Position numbers and translations under genes: made by a program
Notes under the pieces: model-generated
What the model was told of the DNA's origin: nothing
The model's input: only the letters and a program-made list of their open reading frames with translations
Databases searched by the model: none
Shown here: one piece after another, positions 13,991-25,088 of the stretch
How the letters are laid out: the number at the start of each line of letters is the position of its first letter
Numbering within the stretch: position 1 is the stretch's first letter
Assembly (NCBI GenBank): GCA_043228905.1
Contig: JBHGNT010000001.1
Span: forward strand, 3,596,001-3,660,000
Reading direction: 5' to 3'
DNA from: Azolla caroliniana
Taxonomy: Eukaryota; Plantae; Polypodiophyta
DNA length: 64,000 nucleotides

Positions 13991-14629
13991 TTTGTTGAAT
14001 TATAAGCAAACTGACGGTAATAGAGATAGTGTTGTTTGGGATTGGATTGAACTGAGAGGTATATACCATTGGTATCATTGGACAAACAATGATTCATCGG
14101 AAAACTTGATGTAAATTCACCATCTAAACATAGACCTTTGTAAACTGCTGCGTGGGAGAGAAATAGTGCACATCTTCATTTAGATATCTTGAGACGAGAA
14201 ATAGACTTGGTCGAGTTTCTAGGTTGCTTGTTGCTAATGGTGATCCGAGGGTACTTGCTACTGACATTGATTCAAAATAATTAAGAAATGCATTCTGCCA
14301 ATCACAAGATTGAAGTAAAGATCCCGCTCTCTCATTAGGAAGTAAGCAAGTGTCAACTGATCAATCGAGATTATTTTACAATCTTGATTTACTGCTTTTT
14401 AGCTCTTATTTTCTCATTAGTCAGCTTTGGCAAGACGCCAAACTAATGATGCAATCAACTTCGCATAGGAGATTTGGTCACCGTGATGTTAAATTTCACG
14501 CCATTCATTAGGTGGTAGCCTCTATATGCTTTGTGTCCAGGCATCCAACAGCAAATCCTAAAACCTCTTTTCATTAGGAACAGTTTTGCCAAACCGCTGT
14601 TCCCTGAGGAGATAGAGACACTGGTAGTA

Positions 14630-16470
14630 GCTTTTGGATGCGATGGATTATCTTGGAAAAGAAAGAATCATACACTCTGAGATCCTCCAGAAGGAGTTGT
14701 TTCCTGATGATGTTTTAAAACTGTACTGTGATACTTAGTATGTACACTAGATGTGGTTTTCTTGATGAAGCACAAGATGTGTTTGATGAGATTCCAACCC
14801 CTAGTGTTGTCTCTTGGAATGCTTTAATAACGGATATGTACAATATGCATATGATGCCGAAACCTTCCAGTGCTTCAAATGAATGTGAGATGGACTCGTG
14901 CCAAATTCAGTTACCTTTCTATGTGTTCTGAAAGCTTGTGGCATCAATGGATCTTCCTGGTTGGGACGAGAGGTACACAATGAAGTTAAGGGATGTGGAT
15001 TACTTGAAAAGGATTTCATGGTTGGCACTACTTCAGTCGATATACATGTATTCAAAAATGTTCAATGAGCCTCTGGAAAGAAATTGGATATCGTAGAATG
15101 TACTCATCTCTGGGTGTGCTCAACACGGGCTTGGAGAAGAAGCTTTAAAATTCTTGAAAAAGATGGAGGAAGGCTTCTCTCCGATTCTATCACTTTCGTC
15201 TGCATTTTGAAAGCTTGTTGCATCATTGGTTTACCAGAAATGGGAAAAGAGATACATGTATGCTGAGATACGTAAGAAGGGTTTATTACAAAAAGATAAT
15301 CGTCTCGGTTACACTGCATTGGAAAAGCATGGCAAATTTTTCATGAGCTGCCATGATGTAATATGATCTCTTGGAATGCATTGATTTCTGGATATCATCA
15401 TCAGGGGTTCAGTGATGAAACTTTGGTCATTTTTGAACAAATGAAATGGAAGGGATTCTTGCCAAATGCAGTCACGTTTAGTTGTGTGCTGGAATCCTGT
15501 AGCAGCATTGGATTTCTTGATCTGGGAGAGGAGATACATCGAGAGGTGGAAAGCCAGGGGTTATTGCACAAAGATATTACTCTTGGTAATGCACTAGTAG
15601 CTATGTATGTATTCAAAGTGTGGTGTAGGTGAAAGGGAACAAGAAGTGTTTGATGAACTTCTAGGATAGGATGTCATTTCGTCGAAATTATGCATTGGAT
15701 GGACGGTTATGCTCAAATTAGTGAAGGGCAAACGGTTCCGAATTTATTCTTGAAACTTACAACTGAAGGTATTGATCCAGATCTGTCGACCTTCCTTACT
15801 GTGCTACATGCATGCAGTCATGCTGGTCTAACAGAGGAAAGAGAGGTGGTGTTTAATTATATCAACATTGTCTACCAGTTAATCCCAACACCAGAGCATT
15901 ATGCTTGCGTGGTCGATCTTTTCAGCCAGGCGGGGTACATTAACAAAAAGCCCTATCTGTGATTGAGAATTTCCCATCTACTGATCATCTTCAAGTGTGT
16001 TGGACTCTGCTGCTGGCTGCATGTTGAAAGTGGGCCTTTGAGCAAAAGCACTACAGATAGATCCAAACTATCTTAGTGTTGTATGCATATTATATGGATG
16101 GCACAAATATATGGAGCTGCTGCTGGTAAAGCTGAAAACGAACATTGAAGCCTTCTAAGAGAAAAACAAAAGAACGGGCATGCTGGGATATTCGTGATGG
16201 ACAGATGCCCATAAGAATGCCGATTCGCTTATAAATGGGGACGGTAGGCATCCGCAAATTAAAAGTATCAATGCGAAGCTAGAGGAAATCTGTCCAACAT
16301 TTCTCTAAGAGGGCAGCTTTCCATTCCCTCATTGGATGCCAGAGACCATTCTGGATGATATGCAATCTGGCCATGCAGAGAAACTTGCCATGGCATGGCA
16401 TGCAGCCTACCTGCTCAATACCCCGAGAGGCTGATCAGTTGCCATTAAAACACATATGCCTGTGTCAAAG
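14630..16470 (+). pseudogene. Decayed PLS-class PPR gene with E and DYW-domain remnants
   Basis: PPR motifs are spread over shifting frames with stops: MYTRCGFLDEAQDVFDEIPTPSVVSWNALI; ISWNALISGYHHQG...NAVTFSCVLESC; FLTVLHACSHAG...PEHYACVVDLFSQAG. A DYW-like tail follows at 16222-16470: GDGRHPQIKSINAKLEEI...SGHAEKLAMA...LLNTPRG*. Confidence 0.9.
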
Positions 16471-16579
16471 ATGGAGATACAGAATATTCAGGTCATGAAT
16501 AGTATAAGAATTTACATATTTGGCGAGGTTTTTCATGACAAATTGAAGCATCTTATCAAGACACAATTGTCCCTCTATA

Positions 16580-16663
16580 TTTTGAAACACACAGCTTGTT
16601 TCTTTAACTAGCTCTATTTCGAAACACACAAATTGTTTCTTTAACTAGCTCTATTTTGAAACA
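16580..16663. repeat. Short tandem duplication, ~37-bp unit x2.3
   Basis: tattttgaaacacacagcttgtttctttaactagctc repeated with a few substitutions. Confidence 0.8.
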
Positions 16664-17035
16664 AAACGCAAGAAAAGGAGAAGAAAATGGTCGTAGAAAT
16701 TCATTCTTATATTTTCAGTTGTAAAACATCGTGAATATCTCGTAATTTGTACACTACTAACGAGTTGAAGGAAATGCCATTTCTTTCAAGTTTTGCACAC
16801 ATTTGGAACATTATGGAAACTGTGAAATCCAACATGTATAGTTCTTGTGAAGTCCACAAGACTAGGCTTTTCATCATTGTTATTAATGATTCTTATTTTT
16901 ATGTAATAAGGTTTGGGGATATGTTTGCCAAGCCATATCTCGATATAAGTGGATCATAAAATGTATAGATTTGAAGTTTGAGATGTGGAATTTGATAAGG
17001 CAGAATGTAATATTCACGTGACCAATGAATTTAAT

Positions 17036-17642
17036 TTAATTTTTTTCCAAAAAAAAACTCTTTCCATTAGTTCTAAAATTTTACAAATGAGACGATTATG
17101 TACAAATCCCTGTAGGGACGCGATAGTTCAATCTTATGTGGATGCCCACTGACTTAAGAAAGGGAGAGGACAACCATTGTTGGAGGAAGGCAATTCGTTG
17201 TCTTTCAACTCCATCGGAGCTGCCCTTGAGGCCATCATATTGGCTCTTTAGAGTGGCTACAATTTCAGTCCATATCTCTTGTAGTAACCTTGTTGGATGT
17301 GCGGTTTGGTTAGAGAAGACTCGCCTACATCGTTGTTTCCATAGAATCCAAAGGGTTATTGGGCTGACCAATTCCAACACCTCATAAGATTTATCATTAA
17401 GAGGAGTCAAGTGGACATTGCCATTGGAGGAGAAAAAGACCTCTTGTGCTTTTATCACCAAAGTCATCCGCTCCTCCTGATGCTCGTATCTGCCAACTAC
17501 GGTCTGCCATGATAGCCAACATATATTTCCCCACTTGATTGAGCCTTGCACCTAGCATAATTGCAACAAGCGGCCAACCCCTTGCCATATTCAATGGGAC
17601 GTTGGGCAATCCACAAAGCGTGTCGTATTGATTCTACTGCAT
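17036..17642 (-). mobile_element. 5'-truncated LINE (ORF2 C-terminal zf-RVT region) with 18-bp target-site duplication
   Basis: Perfect direct repeat gtgaccaatgaatttaat at 17018-17035 and 17643-17660. T-rich tail at 17036-17046. Minus strand encodes ESIRHALW... and ITLWILWKQRCRRVF...LLQEIW, typical of plant L1 ORF2 ends. Confidence 0.85.
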
Positions 17643-19140
17643 GTGACCAATGAATTTAATAAGATTCTCATATTTAGACTTGGATTAATTCATGAAATGT
17701 TGCCACAAAACAAACATTCACTTGAGTACCCTTGAAGGGAGTGACCTACAAATCACATTCCCTACTAATGAGAGTATCCACCTTCTAATAGAGAATGGAT
17801 TCCCTGTGACCACATCTTTAATATTATTGGCTCAAAACAAAAATCATGATTTCACATTTGTTGAGCCTATTTACGAAATTCTATAAGTCTTTAGGATACA
17901 TATGTAAAGTTAACTGCCAAGGCTGACACCACTTTTCAAGGTGAGATAGACAAAATAACGAAAGAACCCGGTCTTTCTCGCAATCTCATTGAACATACAC
18001 AATCGGATAGAATCTACCCATCAAAAGGTAGGCTCCTTTCACACATGTGTTTGTGAACATCAATTCTTTGGCATGATCACATTTTCCTTTCGCATTCTCC
18101 CTACTTTAATAAAGGACAAGATTGTTATACTTGACGATTCTATCATTATATGGCACAATCTTCCATCAAATTCTACATAGGTGTTTATACATATCAATGC
18201 TTGGCATGATCACATTTTACTTTTACATTTTCCCTACTTTCCATGAGATTTGAAGGCACAAATTTTTTTCACCAAATGCTAAAGATCTATGAAATGTTTA
18301 TTGGCCTTTGTTTCATTTGCCTCATATTGGAAACCAAATGTAAAAGAAGACATTTCTTTAAAAAGTTGATAGTTGAATGTCTCTCTTGGAAGAGTATCCT
18401 ATTATTGTGCTAGATTTGCATTCTTTTTATCATTTAATAATCATGAAATGTGCATGGTAGAAAACAACTTGTGGCTTTATGACATCTTTATGAGAGCACT
18501 TGAAACGTATTCCCAGATATGTCTAAAGTTCCCCATGATTGCTTTTTGACATTCGTGCAAACTTTACCCCTGGATATTTAAAATGTTAGGGGGCTTAAAT
18601 AATTCACCTCCGTAAATGATAAAACCACTACTTTAGCATCTGCTTAAGTCCAACAACTATGTGTGTTAAACAACATGCATGGGAGTGGTAGAGAAATCTT
18701 TATATATGTGTGTTAAACAACAATGCGTTAATAATATTAAACTAGTTCAAATAATTTGAAAGGAGAACTCAATCGAACACCATGAACTAATAAACAAAAG
18801 CACATATGTTGTAAACAAAACCGCATTTCAAGGATTTCGAAGTAGGGAGATCTTTATATAACTTATCTTCTCTTCATTTTGTACCCAAAGGGGAGATGAT
18901 CATATTAAATCCAAAAACATGAAATGGAAAGGGAGAGAGAAAGACCATCTGATTTCAAAAATCACGTTCAATATTTTCCATTTGTGTATGTGTGTGACGC
19001 ACCCATAATATCACATCCAAGAATCCCATCACATTTGAAGAATTTCATCACACCTTTACAATATACTCTTCATTAATTAAATGGCACCAAACCATAGAGA
19101 AAAAGGAAAAAGGAAAAAGGAAACAATAGACTACGCGGCA

Positions 19141-19787
19141 CCTTTTAATAAGCACAAGCTTAAAATGTCTATTCTTGACAAGGAAAGATATCAATCAATG
19201 ATTCACCACGACAACAAAAAGAACCCAACGTGACGTGACTCATTGGAAATTATACCACAGCTATAACTTCTTTATTGCCTAACAACCACTAAATCTAAAT
19301 CAAGTGTGCCCCAAACTCACAAGATGAACTACTTTGCTTACCTGTCTTTTCTTATATGCCCACGACTTTGATCGTGTCAAGTATTAGAAAACCTCATGTC
19401 ATTTCATATAAGAGAGAGACACATAAGTATCATAACATCATACTTCAACTTCACCTCCTTTTAATAAGCACAAGCTTAAAATGGCTACTCTTAACTATGA
19501 AAGATATGAATGATTCATCACAACAACAAAAAGAACCCAATGTGACTCATTGGAAATTAGAGCACGATGACAAATAAGCATTTCGTATAGACCTATAACT
19601 TCTTTATTGCACAACAAACACTAAATCACAACCAAGTGTGGCCCAAGCTCACAAATTGAATTGCTTTGCTTACCCATCTTTTCTAATATGCCCATGACTT
19701 TGATTGCGTCAAGTATTTCAAAACTTAATGTCATTTTATAAAAGAAAGAGACACATGAGTAAACCATAACTTCATATCTTAGCTTCA
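19141..19787. repeat. Tandem duplication, ~316-bp unit x2, diverged
   Basis: ccttttaataagcacaagcttaaaatg starts at 19141 and 19457, followed by colinear matches (aaagaacccaa...ctcattggaaatta...ctataacttctttattgc...gtcaagtatt...agagacacat). Confidence 0.88.
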
Positions 19788-20651
19788 TTACCAATCAACC
19801 CATCTCACCCTACACGTAATGTGCATCCATCTCATAGTGACCTTGAAACATTAATTGCAATTCCATCATAAATTCATCGAGTGCATACAAGAAAAACATC
19901 TCAACATATAAAGAGTCTAGAGTTGTCATCACTAGCAACATATACCTTTTGTCAATACATATAGTGATGGGAAATAGGAAATCAAGATATGATTATATTA
20001 TATTGGAAATGTCTGACTAGCATGAGTCACATCACATATGTGAATAACAAGTGTAAGATATTATTTTGCTCTTCACATTAAAGTCTTGAGATAGTAAGGT
20101 GTGTAATGTGTAACATTGAAAGTACTTGATTAAAGAAAAATTTTATAATAATTTGGTGGTGGCATCATGGGAAAACGATTAAGCCTCCATATTGTGTGTT
20201 CGCGTATGTATGTGTTGATGAGCCTATTGATGGCTTTTGTTGGTAAACACAATCATGGTTTCATCTTGATATCATGTACACTACCGCTTTCCTTGAAGAC
20301 AAATTCATGTGCATAGTTTCAAAAATAAATCATATTTCAAGTTGAAGATAATACTATTGATGAGCCATAATATGATGGCAAACAAGAGGGAGATAATTCA
20401 ATTAAATTGTTAGCACTTAGGAGTTGTTGGGGAATCGTAATATTCAATGTTAAGATATTGAATATAGTATTTTTGTAGTGGTAAGATAAGTGCAACCTTT
20501 GTGGGTTATAGTATTCAGTTTTAAATACTGAAAAAGTATTCATTGAATTGTAAGGTTAGCTATGTTCATGAAATGCAAGGATGCTTATAAATATTGTACG
20601 TGTCTTTTATTATATGGATGTAAATGTAGATATATATAGCTATAATATAAA

Positions 20652-21191
20652 CTAGTTATGTTACATGTATGTGGTGAAGAAGTTGGCATATTAGTGAAGA
20701 TTTGCACCATGCGTGATCACATGACCGAGTATGTGGAGGCGGCACATTATCGCGCCTCACTTATAGAAACACGATCACAAGGGACCATAAAGCAATATGT
20801 GGTTTTGAGCATATTTGTTAGTGAATATAATGAGTGCCATGAGCTAGGGAGACAATCGAATTACAAGTTTGTGAGTGAACATCGAACATTGCATTGGTTA
20901 CATCAAGGGGAGACGGAAAGTAGGATGGGAGCCTTGTGGAACGGCTTTTTGTTTAATAGAATACCAAAGAGTGCCATTACATGGGGAGACAAGCACAAAA
21001 TTTAAGAATACTTGTGAGCGGGCGGCAAACACGGTATAGCTCGATGTGGGTGATAAGGAGAGGGGCGGTAAAGGCTCGCTCGGTCTGCGGAGAGGGAGAA
21101 AGGTTGGGAATAAACAAGGCATGACGAAGAAATGTGAGGCAACATGGTTGGTAAAGAGGTGCACAATGCATATAGATATATACATATTAGA
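20652..21191 (-). mobile_element. Possible non-autonomous Helitron
   Basis: Minus strand begins A|TCTAATATGTATAT at 21191 and ends CTAG|T at 20652, the Helitron A|TC...CTAG|T pattern. The 3' hairpin is degenerate. Confidence 0.35.
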
Positions 21192-21497
21192 TATGTAAAT
21201 AAATGTATATAACATTTAGTATTTTTGTTACTAGGACTACTAATCTAGTACTATACGCGGAGGGATATTATTTGCCCTTTCACGATTTGGGGAATGCGAA
21301 GCCCCCTTTTTTCCTTAGTGATGTCAAAAGCGTTTCCATTGTGTTTGGCTTCAGTCATCGCTTGCGTTAGCATAACACGCATACGTATGCGTTAAGACAC
21401 GCATTGCCTTTGCTTTTTTTTCGCTGTTTGCTTTTTCTTGTTGGTTGCTTTTGATTCGCTCGAAAAGGAGCTTTCTAAACCAGCTTTTAAAACAATA

Positions 21498-21613
21498 CTA
21501 GCGAATCCCTGGCCCCCGCGGGGCCGCCCCCACAAAAAGGCAAAAAAAGGCCTCTGCGACGTGGCAGAAAAAGGCCACGTCGACAGTACAGCCTTGTTTA
21601 TATATATATATGA
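21498..21613 (-). mobile_element. Mini-Helitron-like element immediately upstream of BPS1-like gene 1
   Basis: Minus-strand 3' end: GC hairpin ggcccc-gcg-ggggcc (21511-21525), 9-nt spacer, CTAG|T (21498-21501). Minus-strand 5' end TCATATATATATATAAAC at 21613, though the preceding base is T rather than the canonical A. Internal 9-bp inverted repeat cgacgtggc/gccacgtcg. Confidence 0.55.
21559..21611 (+). promoter_or_regulatory. Two inverted ABRE/G-box cores (ACGTGGC) plus a TATA-like run ~90-140 bp upstream of the ATG
   Basis: ACGTGGC at 21559-21565 (+) and 21574-21580 (-); (TA)n at 21599-21611; ATG at 21702. Confidence 0.45.
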
Positions 21614-21701
21614 ATTGGAGACAGGAAGACGCAGAGACTGAGTGAGACCTTCATCACCAGCAGCAGAAGCAGTAGAAAATTAGCAGGAAAATCAGTCGAT
21701 C

Positions 21702-22955
21702 ATGGGCCGCCTGCTCTCCTCTCTGTCTCGATCCCTTTCTCTCTCCCGCAGCGCCTCCTCCTCCTCCATCTCCACTCTCCAATCTTCATCTCCATCTCCA
21801 TCTCCATCTCCATCTCCATCCTCCCTCGCACTCCACAAATTCCAGGCGGACCTCGCCGAACGCCTCCTCCACCTCACCGCCGGCAGTAGCTCCCCCACCC
21901 TCAACTGGCTCTCTGATGCCATGGCCGTCCTTCTCTCCACTCAGTCTTCCGCCCTTTCCACTCTCGCCCCCGCCATCCGTTCCCTTCTTCTTCTTCATCC
22001 TCCTCACGACGCCGCCTCCGACACTTATAGGAATCTAATCCAGGACCACCTGGACTGCAGTGTCGCACTCCTGGATGTCTGCAAATCTCTCAAGGAGGCT
22101 ACGTGCGAGCTCGAGCATCATCTTGGCCGCCTTGATCACACCCTCTCTCAGGCTGCCTCCGCCTGCAGGAGCAGCGGTGCTACTACCATCGCCACGGCGC
22201 AGCTCCAGGCGGCAGGGCGGAGACTAGCCACCTGCTTGCCGGCTCAAGACGCAGTGAGGAGGCGATCCAACTCAAGGCCAACACTGCGAGCGGCAGGGTC
22301 GTGCTCGAACGCCGCAACAACGCCGATTACATGGCAGCAGAGGCTAGCGGAAGCCCATGTCTCCCTGCGTTCGCTCAAGAAAAGCCTCAACTCTATGCAA
22401 CCGCAGCTGAGCGCTCACCCTGATCCAGCTTTCGCCGCGGCGCTTCAAGCTTTGAGTGGCACCACACTCACAACCGCGCTGCTCCTCAGCGCGGTGACCT
22501 CCAGCTTAATGAGCCTGTCCAGCTCCGGCGCGAGCGGCTTGCGCTCCAACTCGTGGCGGAACATGTCGGCCGCATCGCGGCGGAGGCGGCGGGCCTGCGT
22601 CCTCAGCCGATCTGTTGTGGACCACGTGAACGTGGGGATGAAGAATCCATGGGCATCGCCACTAGGGAAGCTTCAGCAGGATCTGGCGGCACACGAGGCG
22701 GAGGAGGTTGGGAAGGCCGGCGGCGGAACGCAGCTGGATCAGGTGTACGTGCTGGGCCACATCGCGGCGGCTCTGCTGATGGTGCAGCGCCACACGAAGG
22801 CTCAGAGCACGCTAGGTCTGATGAAGCTTGGGGTGGGGAATGTGGTGAAGGAAGTGAGGGAGATGAGGGGCTCCATAGCCGGGCTACAGGCGCAGAGCGG
22901 AAGCCTGTCGCAGGCGCTCGCCGCCGTCCGAGTGGCCCTGCTGAACGCCCTCTAG
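21702..22955 (+). CDS. BPS1/ROH1-like (DUF793-type) helical protein, paralog 1, intronless
   Basis: 417-aa GC-rich ORF with family-type motifs LHKFQADLAERLLHL, LNWLSDAMAVLLST, LIQDHLDCSVALLDVCKSLK and WASPLGKLQQDL. Colinear with the 35525-36790 ORF. Confidence 0.8.
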   Translation: MGRLLSSLSRSLSLSRSASSSSISTLQSSSPSPSPSPSPSSLALHKFQADLAERLLHLTAGSSSPTLNWLSDAMAVLLSTQSSALSTLAPAIRSLLLLHPPHDAASDTYRNLIQDHLDCSVALLDVCKSLKEATCELEHHLGRLDHTLSQAASACRSSGATTIATAQLQAAGRRLATCLPAQDAVRRRSNSRPTLRAAGSCSNAATTPITWQQRLAEAHVSLRSLKKSLNSMQPQLSAHPDPAFAAALQALSGTTLTTALLLSAVTSSLMSLSSSGASGLRSNSWRNMSAASRRRRRACVLSRSVVDHVNVGMKNPWASPLGKLQQDLAAHEAEEVGKAGGGTQLDQVYVLGHIAAALLMVQRHTKAQSTLGLMKLGVGNVVKEVREMRGSIAGLQAQSGSLSQALAAVRVALLNAL

Positions 22956-23115
22956 ACCAAAACAATACAACAAACATACAAAGCCGAATCGCCGGCGCCG
23001 GGGACATTTCCCGGCGCCGGCTCCACGTGTCACGAATCTGTACATACCAACAACAAAGAAAATGTTGAGAGTAAATTCATAAATAAATTAACACAACCAG
23101 TTTTTTCCAAACAGA

Positions 23116-23157
<42 letters not shown>

Positions 23158-25047
23158 GCTCTTTTTCCTTTTTGTTAAAAATAAAATTAAAGTAGCAAGA
23201 CTTCCAAAATGTTCGAAAAGAAGAAGAAGATAAGAACCCAAGATATTTCGTTCCCGTTCCAATGGAAAAGCAAACACTACGCAAAATGACCCACATCATC
23301 CATAGAAGCCATGGAGTGAAGAGGATTTGCATACATAACAATGGATTTACGAGAGTGTGTCCATTTGTGTCCATGTGCGTGTGTGCCTGCATCAATCAAG
23401 TTTCATTGTTTCCTCGCTTATTTCTCGTTGTTATAATGTTATCGATCTCATGCTCCGGATGTGTTTTAGCCCATTATTAAACCTTGACATGGTTTACCAT
23501 GATCTCCTCATACAACCAATGGATGAGATATATTTGCAGATTGCCCAACGCTAGAAAGAGGTGCGTCGGAATCTCTACACCCACAAATCATGCTCTAGAA
23601 GTCTGTACCACGTGATTAATTGGAATTGCATTTGCAGTTTTTTGGAGGATTAAGTTCAATTAATTATGCGTGATCGTTCTACCTTCAATGTATTCAAATA
23701 ATCTTCTAAATTCATTGTGAAACGGATAGAGAGAGTTGTGCATAGTCTTTTAGAAGATTAGGTGTGCTTGTTGCACATAGTTAGAGAACTATTCATGAGG
23801 TATTATGCGTACCTATCTTAAATGTATATGCATAAACAGCCTTGATCATTTGACATAAAGAGTGAAACTCTTTAATTTGTTCTCACTTGTCCAAAGGACT
23901 CAAATACTTTTACGTTTCTATCCTGATTCCTAGCTATGACTAATTTAATTGAAAAAAGCATATGCTTCATCTTTATTTACTGTAACAATATTGTTTTTTT
24001 ATCTTCATTGGCACTTTCATTAAGTTTGTTTTTCGTTGTGCTTCTTGGCCTAATGATAAGGCATGAAGACATGTTGATTTTGCTATATTAGCACATTGTG
24101 TAGAATATACCGATGAGCCTTAATAATGTCAATTTAAGATATGAAACATAGTCCCAAAAGTAAACTCGAACCATCCTTGAATGTGTATTCCCTTCATTCC
24201 AAGAAATGTGCCTATTTTATATTGTGTGGGAAGCATCATTTATTTGGTGGCAGTGGTTAAAGCCCAATGGGCTTTTTAGATGTCCAAACTGTAAATGTTG
24301 TAAAGAGGCCTTTGGAGATCTAACCTTGGAATGGTCTTCATTCTCTCTCATTTGGTTCCACTATGAGCCACTTTCCTCTAAAAATACTTTCCGATCTAAT
24401 TAATTCACATATCCATGTTTCTTAGTAAGTTAGTTACCGTAGACATCCAAGTTTCATTAGTGTATTGAGACCTTGATGGTCACAATGAGTATAGATTGGA
24501 AATTTGGAAGTATGGAAGCATGAAGTTGTTAAACTGCTTAATTAGTCCCACATACTTACTTAACATACCCTATATGGATGAGAGAAAAGGTCAAATCAAA
24601 CTGTAGCATGCTAACTTAGTGAACTAGTTCCTTTCTTAGACCATCCTCTCACACTCTTAACACCTTAGTAGTTAATTAAAAGTGTTACCGACAAGACTTA
24701 ATTCATATTCTCAAAACTAAATGACCATTTTAATAAATTAAAGAAGATGGGTGAGAGAGGGGCCCAACCACTCTTGAGCGTGTTATCTTGGTGAACTAAT
24801 TCACTCCATGAACTATCCTCTCACACATTACATCCCCTTAAATAGTTAATTAAATGCAGTAATGAAATGTTCGAACTCACATTTTGAAAAGCCAAGAAGC
24901 TAATAACACAAGAAACATTTATGTGACAACATGCTCTTGTTCACTAATAATAACCGACCAGTCGTAATATAAGATGAAGCTCAAATAACGAAGTTGTAAA
25001 GTTAAGATTAGCATACAATGAGGATCAAAGCTTAGTATACATATGAT

Positions 25048-25088
<41 letters not shown>

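Noticed and set aside
21702-22955. Horizontal transfer or contamination as the cause of the GC-rich intronless ORFs
   Set aside because: Motifs match a plant-specific family, and the flanks carry the same microsatellites and TEs as the rest of the window.
21692-23068. Overlapping and antisense ORFs in BPS1-like gene 1 (likewise 35389-36522 for gene 2)
   Set aside because: Expected by-products of GC-rich, stop-poor coding sequence; no recognisable motifs.
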